Source: Rhizobiaceae bacterium | GTDB taxonomy: Bacteria; Pseudomonadota; Alphaproteobacteria; Rhizobiales; Rhizobiaceae | Assembly: GCA_049696015.1 (NCBI GenBank) | Contig: JBAVTG010000216.1 | Location: forward strand, 504 to 64,503 | Length of the DNA: 64,000 nucleotides | Direction: 5' to 3' | Shown here: positions 1-8,798 of the stretch, piece by piece | Position numbering within the stretch: position 1 is the first letter of the stretch | Layout of the letters: each line of letters starts with the position of its first letter | Program-made: the position numbers and the translations under genes | Notes under the pieces: generated by a model | Databases searched by the model: none | Told to the model about the DNA's origin: nothing | Seen by the model: the letters and a program-made list of their open reading frames with translations, nothing else

Positions 1-835
1 CGCGGCGGCGCTCGCGTGGAATTTGCCTGGCGCCAAGGTGGCACGACACCAGATGATGCGCCGCCAACCCCTCTTGGCGCAGCAAGGCGGCGGCCAGCAG
101 CGGCCCGAGCCAGGTTGCGTGCTGCAGCACCTCGATGCCGCTCCAGGCGTCGGCCAGGATGGCGGCGCGCAAAAGTGCCGGCAGCGGGCGTGTCGCGCCA
201 ATCACCGCCTGCCATTCGGCCATCCGCGCATCCTCGTCCCAGTCGGGATCGTAAAGCAGTTCCGGCCGTTCCGGCTGGCGCGGCTTGTGCGGGCGCGGCC
301 CGGCTGCCTGCCCGTCCAGCACCTTTGCGCTGTGTTCCAGCGCCGCCTCCATGGCTTCCAGCGCCTTGGCCAATTCGTCCGGGACCGTTGCGGCGGGCGC
401 CGTCAGCCCGGCCTCCTGCCCGTCATCCCCAACTGCGCCGGCGTCTGGCCCGGCGGCCTTTGCCTGGCCCGTCGCCGGTTCCGCCGCGCTGCCGCGCCGC
501 GTCAGCTGCCGCAGGCCCTCCGCGCCGAGCGCCCAATCCGGTCCGTGGCTGAACATCTGCCGCCGCGCCCGCAGAACCGCATGCGCGCGGGTCAGCTCAT
601 GGGTTGGCGTGCGGATGTCCATGCGCGCGTCGTGCAGCACCAGGTCTTCGACATGCACCAGCTCGCCCTCCAGCCACAGCGCCGCCGCCGCGTCGGCAAA
701 ATGCTGGCGTTCGATCCAGCCGTCCCGCACCGGCGAGCGCGCCAGCCGTTCGTCAAGCCGCGTCAACGCAGAAGTTGCCGAAACAACCGGCGCAAACAGG
801 GCAGTCAGATCCACCGGCTCTATTTTGTAAACCAT
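1..835 (-). CDS. DUF1612 / RHE_PE00001-like protein, N-terminal part (3' end lies beyond the left window edge)
   Basis: Hand translation of the minus strand from the ATG at complement(833..835) gives MVYKIEPVDLTALFAPVVSATSALTRLDERLARSPVRDGWIERQHFADAAAALWLEGELVHVEDLVLHDARMDIRTPTHELTRAHAVLRARRQ... It stays open to position 1, so there is no stop in the window and it is absent from the ORF track. The family call is from memory of the conserved gene that neighbours repABC operons in Rhizobiales. The plus-strand ORFs 16..838 over the same DNA are Arg/Pro/Ala-rich shadow frames. Confidence 0.55.
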   Translation of the reverse strand, partial: MVYKIEPVDLTALFAPVVSATSALTRLDERLARSPVRDGWIERQHFADAAAALWLEGELVHVEDLVLHDARMDIRTPTHELTRAHAVLRARRQMFSHGPDWALGAEGLRQLTRRGSAAEPATGQAKAAGPDAGAVGDDGQEAGLTAPAATVPDELAKALEAMEAALEHSAKVLDGQAAGPRPHKPRQPERPELLYDPDWDEDARMAEWQAVIGATRPLPALLRAAILADAWSGIEVLQHATWLGPLLAAALLRQEGLAAHHLVSCHLGARQIPRERRR

Positions 836-1077
836 TGATTAACCTTAACCAAATTCCTTATAATAAAGCAATATGGCATATCACTTGACCCATACCGTAG
901 GATTGGCGGAAACTTTCGCAGCTATTGAAAAGCGGCCGATTTCGACAGTGATGGATTTGGAACCGGAAACCGGTAGACTTGCAAAGCGGGCCACGATAGC
1001 CGCCTGCGGAAGTCGAACAGCGGCGGATCCGGTCCCGGCCAGGCCAAACCCGCCTGCAGGAATTTTTCCGGCTCCCC

Positions 1078-2376
1078 TCACCCCAGGGCCTCCAGCATCG
1101 GCATGACCGAAAACTTGCCCTCCTCGGCCTTGGCGGTCAGCGCCCGCAAATAGCCTCCGGCGGAGCGGATGGCGTCGGCGCGTTCGAGCATGCAGGCGAT
1201 GACGATTGCGGCGCGCTCGGGGCCGAAGGCGTCTTTGGCTTTCGTCCAGGCGTCCGGCGAGATCCCCAGCATCGGCCGCACCAGTTCGGCGGCGGTTTTC
1301 AGATCACCGTAAGTGGCCAACCCCTCGCGGACATAATCGCCAATCACCGGACATGCGCCCTTCACCTGGCTGAGCGGCGGTAATTGACTGCTTTCACCGC
1401 CCGCGGCGTCATCTGGTTTGCTTGCTGCACCCTTCCGCTCTGGCGCTGCCCTCCCCGCTTCATGCGCAGCCGCCTGCTTCAGCTTCTTTTCGAAGCGTCT
1501 GTCAAAATGGGATTCGGTATTTGAATTCTGAATGTGCCGCTCATTGTGATGGGCATTGGCGCTCATATTTTTGGATTCATCAGCCGCATCGTCATCAAGG
1601 TCCGCGTCATTCAGGCCCTCGAACCATGCCGCCTCGCACTCGGCCCGCAGGCGCGAAAGCGCCTCTTTGCGCTGCCCAAGGGCCTCCAGGCTCGCCGTGC
1701 GCGCCAGCCGCCGCGCCAGGGGGAGCAAGCGCATGGCAAACCCGTGCCAATCGCCTGCCCGCCCCGCCTCGCTGGCGGCATCGAGGATTTTGGCAATGTC
1801 TCGGATGTGGACGCTGATCTCGTCGCGCAGCCGCCGCGCCTTGGCCTCGTCGATCTTGACAGCCTCCTCCAGCGCGAAAATCTCCGCTGCCCGCAGCGCC
1901 AGCGGCCCAAGGTCAAAGCCGAACGCCGTTTCGATCGCGCCGCCTTCGCCGCGCCGCGCATAGCGCTTGCCGTTGGGGCTGTCGCGCCGCGCAATCAGCC
2001 CGGCTTGCACCAGCGCTGCGATATGCCGGCGCAATGTCGCATCGGCCATGCCTTGGGTGCGCCGGGAAAGCTCGGTGTTGGAGGGAAAGACGATCTGCTC
2101 TTCGTCGGCTTTGAGCGCCCTGCCCGGCAGCACGGAAATCAGCGCCGTCAGCACGGCAATCGTCCGGTCGGAAAGACCGAGCAGCGGCCGGGCGCTCGAC
2201 AGCGCCGTCATCAGCCGCCATTTGTCGGCCTCGCCCGCGTCATTGGTCGGCTCGCCTGCCCCGCTGCGGGCGGCCTCGCGCCGCTCCGATAGCTTTTTGG
2301 TCAGGGAAAAAGCGGCATAGCTCAAGGGTGCGCTGCCGAATGGCGACGCTGCAAACGATCCGGTCATGATGCTCAC
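1078..2376 (-). CDS. repC: Replication initiator RepC
   Basis: 432-aa ORF with typical RepC sequence (DKWRLMTALSSARPLLGLSDRTIAVLTALISVLPG..., IVFPSNTELSRRTQGMADATLRRHIAALVQAGLIARRDSPNGKRYARR). It is the last gene of a repA-repB-repC array on the minus strand. Confidence 0.9.
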   Translation of the reverse strand: MSIMTGSFAASPFGSAPLSYAAFSLTKKLSERREAARSGAGEPTNDAGEADKWRLMTALSSARPLLGLSDRTIAVLTALISVLPGRALKADEEQIVFPSNTELSRRTQGMADATLRRHIAALVQAGLIARRDSPNGKRYARRGEGGAIETAFGFDLGPLALRAAEIFALEEAVKIDEAKARRLRDEISVHIRDIAKILDAASEAGRAGDWHGFAMRLLPLARRLARTASLEALGQRKEALSRLRAECEAAWFEGLNDADLDDDAADESKNMSANAHHNERHIQNSNTESHFDRRFEKKLKQAAAHEAGRAAPERKGAASKPDDAAGGESSQLPPLSQVKGACPVIGDYVREGLATYGDLKTAAELVRPMLGISPDAWTKAKDAFGPERAAIVIACMLERADAIRSAGGYLRALTAKAEEGKFSVMPMLEALG

Positions 2377-2460
2377 CTGTCGTCAGGCAATAAAGATCCC
2401 CAGCCCGGTTTTTCAAAACCAAGCCTTGACAGGATTCGCCGAAAGTGATTCTCATCAATT

Positions 2461-2513
2461 GCTACATACAATGAGGCTCTCGGGGCGGAAACGTTTCGGG
2501 GGCCTTTGTTTTG
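2461..2513 (+). ncRNA. Candidate counter-transcribed RNA (ctRNA, inc-alpha type) in the repB-repC intergenic region
   Basis: A TTGACA -35-like hexamer sits at 2426..2431 on the plus strand. A strand-specific hairpin at 2475..2504 (GGCUCUCGGGGC / loop GGAAAC / GUUUCGGGGGCC, 12 bp including 5 G-U pairs) can only form in the plus-strand RNA. It is followed by UUUGUUUUG (2505..2513). The position and the roughly 50-nt size match the antisense regulator known for repABC operons. The 5' end is a guess. Confidence 0.45.
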
Positions 2514-2578
2514 TCTGCGAACATGTCCTTTCTGGTTGGGGTTGAACGGTCCGGCATACGCTAAGCGCCGGTAAATGC

Positions 2579-3523
2579 TTAGTTTTTCGCCTTGGCATAG
2601 TCCTTGGCCAGCCGGGCGAAATTCTCTTCAACGTATGCCGCAAACCCGGCGTCGGCCACATCAAAGCGCGTCCCCTGGCCTGATTTGGTGACGCTCATGG
2701 CGATGCCAGCCGCTTTCAAGTGCCGCTGTGCAGGTTTGGATTTCACCTTTTTCGCCAGCCGGTCGAACAGCATCTGGAACCGCTGGTCCGATTGCGCGGC
2801 GATGAAGGCGTCGCGCCCGGTTTCATCCTCGGCCTTGATGCGCGCGGCGTCGCTCTTGAGCATCTCGCCCAGCGCCATCCAGCGCGGCCGGCCGGCCTTT
2901 GGCGCAGGGCCGACGGCGCGGGCGATGGTCAGCGGGATCATCTCGCCGATCTGGATCATCCGCGTCATTTCCGCCTTGTGCAGCGACAGCGCCTCCTGCG
3001 CGGCGGCGCGGTCGACGCCGGCATCCAGAAGCGAGCGCACGAACATCGCCCTTTCAATGAACGACAGATTGCGCCGCTCGGCGTTTTCCTTGCCTTGCGC
3101 CAGCAAAAGCGCCGCATCGCTGAGCTGCCGCACGATCGCCTTGACTGTGGCGCCCAGCTCCAGCGCCGCCTTGATGCGCCGGTGGCCGTAGGCGGCCTCA
3201 TAGCGCCCGCTTGCGCCCGGCCGCACCAGCACCGGCACCTGCTGCCCGCCGCTGCGGATGCTTTCCACCAGCGCGGCAAAATCCTCGTCATTGTCCGCCC
3301 CGTTTGACAGCCGGTCGGCATAGGGGCTGGCATCGATCAGCCTGGGATCAATCTCCAAAATCCGCTCGCCCGCCTCGCGCGCCTCTTCGAGTTCCCGCTG
3401 CAGATTGCCCAGCGACAGGCCCATCGCCTTGACCGCGCCCGATGCGGCGCGCGCTGGCGCTGCCGGCGTTTCGGGCGCATCATGCTGGAAAAGGTTCTTC
3501 AGCTGGTCCTTGCGGCTTGTCAT
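2579..3523 (-). CDS. repB: Partition protein RepB (ParB family)
   Basis: ParB-type motifs are present (QQVPVLVRPGASGRYEAAYGHRRIKAALELG). I chose the internal start MTSRKDQLKNLF at complement(3521..3523) because GGAGA lies 7 nt upstream; the ORF track extends to 3550. Confidence 0.85.
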   Translation of the reverse strand: MTSRKDQLKNLFQHDAPETPAAPARAASGAVKAMGLSLGNLQRELEEAREAGERILEIDPRLIDASPYADRLSNGADNDEDFAALVESIRSGGQQVPVLVRPGASGRYEAAYGHRRIKAALELGATVKAIVRQLSDAALLLAQGKENAERRNLSFIERAMFVRSLLDAGVDRAAAQEALSLHKAEMTRMIQIGEMIPLTIARAVGPAPKAGRPRWMALGEMLKSDAARIKAEDETGRDAFIAAQSDQRFQMLFDRLAKKVKSKPAQRHLKAAGIAMSVTKSGQGTRFDVADAGFAAYVEENFARLAKDYAKAKN

Positions 3524-3596
3524 GGGCGAATCTCCGTGAGCGGCCAGCATAAGACGATTGCGGAGCGTGTGGATGAAACCGTGCTGAATGCGCCCC

Positions 3597-4829
3597 TCAT
3601 TGCGTTCTTCCCCATGCCTTCAAAACCAGTTGCTCAATCTCAAAGTTGACAGCTGTCAACGCCTCCATTGCCCGGTCATAAGTGACGCGCGAAAAGTTCT
3701 CGCGGCCCACTTCATAAAGCGTCTGCTTGGTCAGGCCGGCGTCTGATATCGCGGTGGATTTGACCATCGGCGCGGTCAGGACGCGCTCCCCGAACTGGTT
3801 GCGCAAAAACGCCGAGATCTGCGTTTGCGGCCCGTCATTGGGCTCGTAGCGGGTAATCAAATAGCGCAGGAAATCAAAATTGAGCTCGCCCCCGGCATTT
3901 TTCACCACCGCCAGCAAGTCGGATGTCATGAACAGAAACTGGCTCATCGAGGCAACGTCCAGCATTTGCGGATGCACGGTGACAATCACCGATGTGGCCG
4001 CGCACAGCGCGCCAAGCGTCAAAAACCCAAGCTGCGGCGGGCAGTCGATCACCACGATGTCGTAATTGGACTCGACGCTTTGCAGCGCGGCCTGCACGCG
4101 GGCAAAAAACATCTCGTCCGCCCTGCCCTGCCCGGTCTGCCGGGCGCTGAGGTGATGCGGCGTGGTGTGCTCGAATTCCTGCAGTTCCAGATTCCCCGGC
4201 ACCAGGTCGAGTCCGTCCATATAGGTGTGGCGGATGATGTCTTTGAGCGGGCGGCGCTCGCCATCATAGCGGATTGCGCCGTAAAGAGTGTCGTTGCCGG
4301 TCAGGTCGAGCTCCGGCTGGTAGCCGAACAGCGCGGACATCGACGCCTGCGGGTCCAGATCCACCGCCAGCACCCGATAGCCTTCCAGCGCCAGATGCTG
4401 CGCCAGATGCACCGAAGTCGTGGTCTTGCCCGAGCCGCCTTTGAAGTTGGTGACTGCAATGACCTGCAGGGCTTCCGTCAAATCGCGGTGCTTGATGTAG
4501 CTGCGCGCCTTGGCCGGATTCTGGTGCGCCAGGTGGCGGCGCAGTTCGTTGACCTGGGCCAATGTATAGGCCCGCCGCCCGCCCTGCGACACGTCCGGCT
4601 GCGGCCCCTCGCCTGACAGCGACAATTGCCGCAGATAGCCGTCCGACACGCCGATCAGCTTGGCCGCCTCGCCGGAGGAAAACGAGCGCAGCTGCTTTTG
4701 CGCGGTCGGAGGAAAGAACCGGTCGCGCATCGCCGATAGCTGGGCGGACAGGCCTTGCGCGTCAGCCGCGATCTGCGCGTCCGCCGATTGCCTCGTCTCA
4801 ATGCCCGCCTGCCGCAAAGCCTCGGCCAT
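3597..4829 (-). CDS. repA: Partition ATPase RepA (ParA family)
   Basis: Deviant Walker A (VTNFKGGSGKTTTSVHLA), DLDPQ, and the N-terminal LSAQLSAMRDRFFPP block typical of RepA. I chose the start MAEALRQ at complement(4827..4829), giving 410 aa with a GGGAA RBS-like upstream. The ORF is open up to 4946. Confidence 0.88.
   Translation of the reverse strand: MAEALRQAGIETRQSADAQIAADAQGLSAQLSAMRDRFFPPTAQKQLRSFSSGEAAKLIGVSDGYLRQLSLSGEGPQPDVSQGGRRAYTLAQVNELRRHLAHQNPAKARSYIKHRDLTEALQVIAVTNFKGGSGKTTTSVHLAQHLALEGYRVLAVDLDPQASMSALFGYQPELDLTGNDTLYGAIRYDGERRPLKDIIRHTYMDGLDLVPGNLELQEFEHTTPHHLSARQTGQGRADEMFFARVQAALQSVESNYDIVVIDCPPQLGFLTLGALCAATSVIVTVHPQMLDVASMSQFLFMTSDLLAVVKNAGGELNFDFLRYLITRYEPNDGPQTQISAFLRNQFGERVLTAPMVKSTAISDAGLTKQTLYEVGRENFSRVTYDRAMEALTAVNFEIEQLVLKAWGRTQ
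3645..3660. promoter_or_regulatory. parS-like centromere palindrome GTTGACAGCTGTCAAC (inside the 3' end of repA)
   Basis: Perfect 16-bp palindrome, identical to the copies at 6219 and 6311. It fits the repABC parS consensus GTTNNCNGCNGNNAAC. Confidence 0.75.
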
Positions 4830-5117
4830 GCCAAATTCCCTTGACTGCTTCAAAAGCCGGCCGGACATTCCGGCCGCCTGCATGCGATGCCTGATGCGCC
4901 GAAAGCGATACAATTCGGCGGACTTTTCTGGCATTTCGGCGCGCAATTCGGCGCACCCGTTTCAACCCGCATACGCCACGCTTACACTTGCCAGCCACAC
5001 ACTCACGATTCGGGGGCAGGGGTCAAACTACCCCCTTTCAGTTACGCCAATTGAGCGAAGCTACGCACCTGAACCGTAACCAAAATGCGGGCAACAAGTG
5101 AGTCTGTCAAGGAAAAG

Positions 5118-5139
5118 AGGGTTAACGCAAATTAACCTT
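5118..5139. promoter_or_regulatory. Inverted repeat AGGGTTAA-N6-TTAACCTT in the repA / lipoprotein divergent intergenic region (possible operator)
   Basis: Arms match 7 of 8 positions, read directly from the sequence. It lies between the divergent repA and lipoprotein genes. Its function is inferred only. Confidence 0.25.
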
Positions 5140-5251
5140 TGTGGGACGCACCCGAGTGACAAAACAGGGTCTGTGAGTTTATGATATCTGCGGCCTTGCG
5201 GCTGGATAGATTGCGCCGGGTTTGGTGTTTCCTTGCAAGCGGGGTAACGGC

Positions 5252-6145
5252 ATGAAAAAGCGCATATGTGTCAAAGGTGTCGTCGCCGGCCTTCTGGCCA
5301 GCGCGTTTTTGCTCAATGCATGCAGCGTAACCGGTGACAAACCGCCCACTGCAACCACGACGCCCGCACCGGTAAGGCCAGAACCCAAAAAATCGCCGTC
5401 CTCGCCTGGCGGCACATCTGTAAAGACCGTTAATCCGTCCTTTGGCAGTTTTTCCGGCCGGTTGGCATTGGCGCCGCAAGGCTGCGAGAACTCTGGCGGG
5501 CAGGGGATCGGCAAATGCCGGGTCATTCAAACCGGTTTTGCCTTCAATTCGCCCCTGCCATGGAAGGTCCGCAGCAATGAGCCAACAGATGGCGCATCCA
5601 TTCCATCTTTTGCTTGGTCAACAATTGGGAAGCCATTTGACGGCAGCTATCTGCCAGCAGCCATCATCCACGACAACTATTGCAACCACCTCGTAAGGCC
5701 ATTCCTGCAAACCCACCGCGTCTTCTATTCAATGTTGCGCGCGCTCGGGGTCGAGCCTTCCAAGGCAGCCGCCATGTATGCAGCCGTGCTCATTGGGGGC
5801 CCCAAGTGGATTAAACTGGATTCAGGTGAGCCATGCGGTGAAAACTGCATCCGCACCCTGTCCTCTCGTGACGCCCGCTTTATTGGAATCGTTTCACGAG
5901 AAGGCGGGCTCTGGCGTCCATCGCAAATTGACAATGACCGGCGCAACGCTTTCGAAACGCTGGCACTGGAAATCCGCGGAGGCGGGGCAATGGAGCTGGA
6001 CGCCATTGACGCCCGCGTTCAGCTGCTTCTGCCCGAAGATCCGTTCCTCGCTTTGCGCGCCTACGAGACGGCCCCATTTCAGACCTTTGCCAATGCGCCC
6101 GTCATTGCGGGCGCACGTCAAGCGCGCTCACGCCAAGCGCGCTGA
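5252..6145 (+). CDS. Lipoprotein with DUF1353-like domain
   Basis: MKKRICVKGVVAGLLASAFLLNAC is a signal peptide plus lipobox-like LNAC. PTDGASIPSFAWSTIGKPFDGSYLPAAIIHDNYC matches the DUF1353 signature as I remember it. The ATG at 5252 is preferred over the track start at 5222. Confidence 0.7.
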   Translation: MKKRICVKGVVAGLLASAFLLNACSVTGDKPPTATTTPAPVRPEPKKSPSSPGGTSVKTVNPSFGSFSGRLALAPQGCENSGGQGIGKCRVIQTGFAFNSPLPWKVRSNEPTDGASIPSFAWSTIGKPFDGSYLPAAIIHDNYCNHLVRPFLQTHRVFYSMLRALGVEPSKAAAMYAAVLIGGPKWIKLDSGEPCGENCIRTLSSRDARFIGIVSREGGLWRPSQIDNDRRNAFETLALEIRGGGAMELDAIDARVQLLLPEDPFLALRAYETAPFQTFANAPVIAGARQARSRQAR

Positions 6146-6218
6146 GGCGTTGGCAGGCGGCGGCCGCGCCGGTGAAAAAATGAAATCATCGTTCCGTTCA
6201 AAGGCGCGCCGCTTCAAA

Positions 6219-6234
6219 GTTGACAGCTGTCAAC
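6219..6234. promoter_or_regulatory. parS-like palindrome GTTGACAGCTGTCAAC
   Basis: Perfect 16-bp palindrome, second of three identical copies. Confidence 0.75.
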
Positions 6235-6310
6235 TCGCGCCAATTCGGGCCGGGCAGGGGCCGCGCGCCACTGCTTGCTTCGCCGCTTCCACCTCCCTCA
6301 CGCCCCAAAA

Positions 6311-6326
6311 GTTGACAGCTGTCAAC
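6311..6326. promoter_or_regulatory. parS-like palindrome GTTGACAGCTGTCAAC
   Basis: Perfect 16-bp palindrome, third of three identical copies, 92 bp from the second. Confidence 0.75.
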
Positions 6327-6876
6327 CGCCCGAAATACCTGCCGATACAGCCGAATCCCGGCCATCACTTCCCTTGCGTAACAATTGTTGATCGTTGGTC
6401 GAAGGCGCGCTAATTCCGCCTGATTTCAAATACTTGATTCGCTTTTGCCGCTCTCGTCTTGGCTAAACCCCGGCATTTCATGTAAAAAAACTGTTGCACC
6501 CGTCCATTTTTCGTGATGGACTTCTGCCAAGGCGCACATTTCTAGAACTCTCAACCTGTTTTACTTTGGTATGGCAGGGGAAGAAAGGTTTTGTGAAAAT
6601 GACCGCCTCGATCAAGGTTCACAACACCAGTATACAATCACCGCCGCAAATTGCCGATGCGCAGCGCCATGCTGCGGTTTCACGGTTTCGTCCTGCCCCG
6701 CGGCGCAGCAAAATCAACTCAGCTGCGCCATATGCCGTCAATCGTTTGGGTGATCTGCGGCACACCTGTCCAAAGCCGCGCCGGGTGGTCGCCTTCGCAT
6801 CATTTGTCCGGCCTGCGCTCTGCGCCTTCAGCCTTTCAGCTGCCCCGCCAAAGCAGGAACACAAGCGGGGGCCGAC

Positions 6877-7911
6877 ATGGAATTGACCGGGGTCCAGCTG
6901 TCTGACCGTGAACCGGGCGCAGGAACCAGCCCGCAAGGCGGCTTGACCGGCGGCTTGTCCGGAACTGCGCCCGCGCAATTGCATGGCAATCAGAAACCCC
7001 GTCACCGCAAGGCCGCAGCCGGGCCGGACCTGGACGGCGCTGTGCTGACAATCGAGGTCTTTGGCGACCTGACAGTCGCAGCCGGGCCCGCAGGACGGCC
7101 GTTGACGATTCCGCCATCTGCGCGGGCATTGATGGGCTGCCTTGCCCTGCACGCGGTTCAACGTCCGTTGCGGCGCGAGGCATTGGCCGAGATGCTGTGG
7201 GCCGAGGCCCCGGCAGAGGCGTCGCGCGCGCGCCTGCGCACGGGACTGTGGCGGCTGCGCCAGATACTGGGCCTTCATGCGCCAGCCCTGTGCCAGGATG
7301 CGGACCGTGTCTGGCTCGACCGGACGCGGGTGGTCGTTTCAGCGCATGTCCGCTTTGCCCAAGGGATCGAACAGATTTGCGCCTTGCCGGTCGAAGCCAT
7401 GACAGCAGCGCAGTTTCAGGAGCTGGACGGGCTGATCGGCCTCTACTGCGGACCCCTGCTCGAAGGGCAGGATGACGATTGGGTGAAGCCCGAACGCGCC
7501 CGTTATGCCGAGCTCTATTCCCGCGCGCTGGAGCGGCAGATCGCCGCGTTTCGCGCGCAGGACAACCGCGAAGGCACCATCAGCGTTGCCCGGCGCCTGC
7601 TCGACCATGACCCATACCGCGAAGACATGCATGCGCTGCTCATTGAAATGTTTGCAAGCTCCGGCCAGCCGCAGCGCGCGCTGCGCCAGTTTCGGGCCTG
7701 CGAAAATGCGCTGGGCGACGACCTTGGCATAGACCCGTCGCGCGCCCGCGCCGCCTTGCGTGGCGCACTGGCCAATCCGGAAAGCCCCCCCGGCCTGTCC
7801 GAGGTGATATTGGCGCTGGATGATTCCATCCGCCATTTGGACCGGCAATTGGCCCTGGTCTGCCAGATCATCAAGGACCGGTATCCTGCTCCTGGAAAAT
7901 CACCCCGGTAA
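6877..7911 (+). CDS. SARP-family transcriptional regulator (winged-helix + BTAD)
   Basis: LTIEVFGDLTV...ARALMGCLALHAVQRPLRREALAEMLWAEAPAEASRARLRTGLWRLRQILG is an OmpR-like wHTH. It is followed by a BTAD signature (DPYREDMHALLIEMFASSGQPQRALRQFRACENALGDDLGIDPS). The start is uncertain: an in-frame GTG at 7042 would remove a low-complexity N-terminus. Confidence 0.75.
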   Translation: MELTGVQLSDREPGAGTSPQGGLTGGLSGTAPAQLHGNQKPRHRKAAAGPDLDGAVLTIEVFGDLTVAAGPAGRPLTIPPSARALMGCLALHAVQRPLRREALAEMLWAEAPAEASRARLRTGLWRLRQILGLHAPALCQDADRVWLDRTRVVVSAHVRFAQGIEQICALPVEAMTAAQFQELDGLIGLYCGPLLEGQDDDWVKPERARYAELYSRALERQIAAFRAQDNREGTISVARRLLDHDPYREDMHALLIEMFASSGQPQRALRQFRACENALGDDLGIDPSRARAALRGALANPESPPGLSEVILALDDSIRHLDRQLALVCQIIKDRYPAPGKSPR

Positions 7912-8099
7912 ATCCGCGGTCTGCCTGCCGGTCAGCGCATTGGCGCAATCAATCTGCACACACATTTCTGAAAACTGATGGCATTGGCAGGGCAGGGCGC
8001 TGTCCGCCGGGATGCGGTGACTCGCCAATTCGCGTTTGGACGTTATCGCGGCACAATGCCCACGATACCGGCAGTGTAGCCCCAACGTCACCGCCGGCA

Positions 8100-8121
8100 A
8101 CGCAGCCGTGACGCAGCCGTT
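8100..8121 (+). promoter_or_regulatory. Tandem 11-bp direct repeat ACGCAGCCGTG-ACGCAGCCGTT upstream of the first CIS gene
   Basis: Read directly from the sequence. It ends 50 nt upstream of the ATG at 8172. The one-helical-turn periodicity is the architecture bound by SARP activators; assigning it to the adjacent SARP is inference. Confidence 0.35.
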
Positions 8122-8171
8122 CGCGGCGCAGGCCAACCTTCCTCAAACGACTTGACCTGAGAGCGCATTGC

Positions 8172-8798
8172 ATGGCCCAGATTGGTGCTGTCCATTCCGT
8201 CGGAGAGTGTATCACCCGCCATTTGACGGGCGCGCTGACGCTGGAGCGCGCGACACAAGGTTCCCTGCCCGAAGCGCGGCGCACGCTACCAGTCGCACGG
8301 TTTGAACAGATTTCCGGGCAGCGATTCACCCAGACGTTCAATCCGGAAGAAAATCTGGTGACCTTCTACTTGTACCGGATGGCGGTTGACCGGCATCTGC
8401 GGGCAAGCGGCGATCCCAAAACGCCGCAGGACCCGAAATCGAGGCCGCTAAGCCTTGAGCTCCACTATCTCGTGACAGTCTGGGGAGAGGATGCGGCGGC
8501 AGAACAGACCTTGCTCAGCTGGACCATGCTTGAGCTGCACCGCGTGTCGCTGTTTGACCGCGCCGCCCTGCGCCCGGCTGCATTGTGGGACGCCGGCGAG
8601 ACGATACAGCTGCAGCCGTCCGAGATGTCGCATGAAGACATGATGCGGATCTGGGCGGCGCTGCGTCCCGGATACCGCCTGTCGGCTAGCTATATCGCGC
8701 GAACCGTCCGTCTGGAAACCGGGATCCGCACTGCCGCTTCGCCCGTGGTGGCCACGATGGCGCGTTTTGTCCCGCAGGCGGAGGACGCCGATGCGTGA
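8172..8798 (+). CDS. DUF4255 (Pvc16/Afp16-like) CIS tube-terminator/cap protein
   Basis: 208 aa with ...VTFYLYRMAVDRHLRA..., LSLELHYLVTVWGEDAAAEQTLLSWTMLELHRVSLFD and SHEDMMRIWAAL, the pattern of the DUF4255 family that marks eCIS loci. Confidence 0.8.
   Translation: MAQIGAVHSVGECITRHLTGALTLERATQGSLPEARRTLPVARFEQISGQRFTQTFNPEENLVTFYLYRMAVDRHLRASGDPKTPQDPKSRPLSLELHYLVTVWGEDAAAEQTLLSWTMLELHRVSLFDRAALRPAALWDAGETIQLQPSEMSHEDMMRIWAALRPGYRLSASYIARTVRLETGIRTAASPVVATMARFVPQAEDADA

Noticed and set aside
16-838. Three overlapping plus-strand ORFs (178, 271 and 181 aa) at the left edge
   Set aside because: Their translations are Arg/Pro/Ala-rich with no motifs, typical of shadow frames in high-GC DNA. 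The minus strand over the same DNA gives a clean, family-like protein that is open to the window edge.
4830-4946. N-terminal 39-aa extension of repA in the ORF track
   Set aside because: The conserved RepA N-terminal block (LSAQLSAMRDRFFPP) would sit about 40 aa too far from the start. An internal ATG with a purine-rich RBS gives a typical roughly 410-aa RepA.
6494-6886. 130-aa ORF in the AT-rich spacer before the SARP gene
   Set aside because: It runs from an AT-rich promoter-like stretch into GC-rich DNA, its composition is odd, and it has no motifs. It is more likely untranslated leader or promoter DNA.
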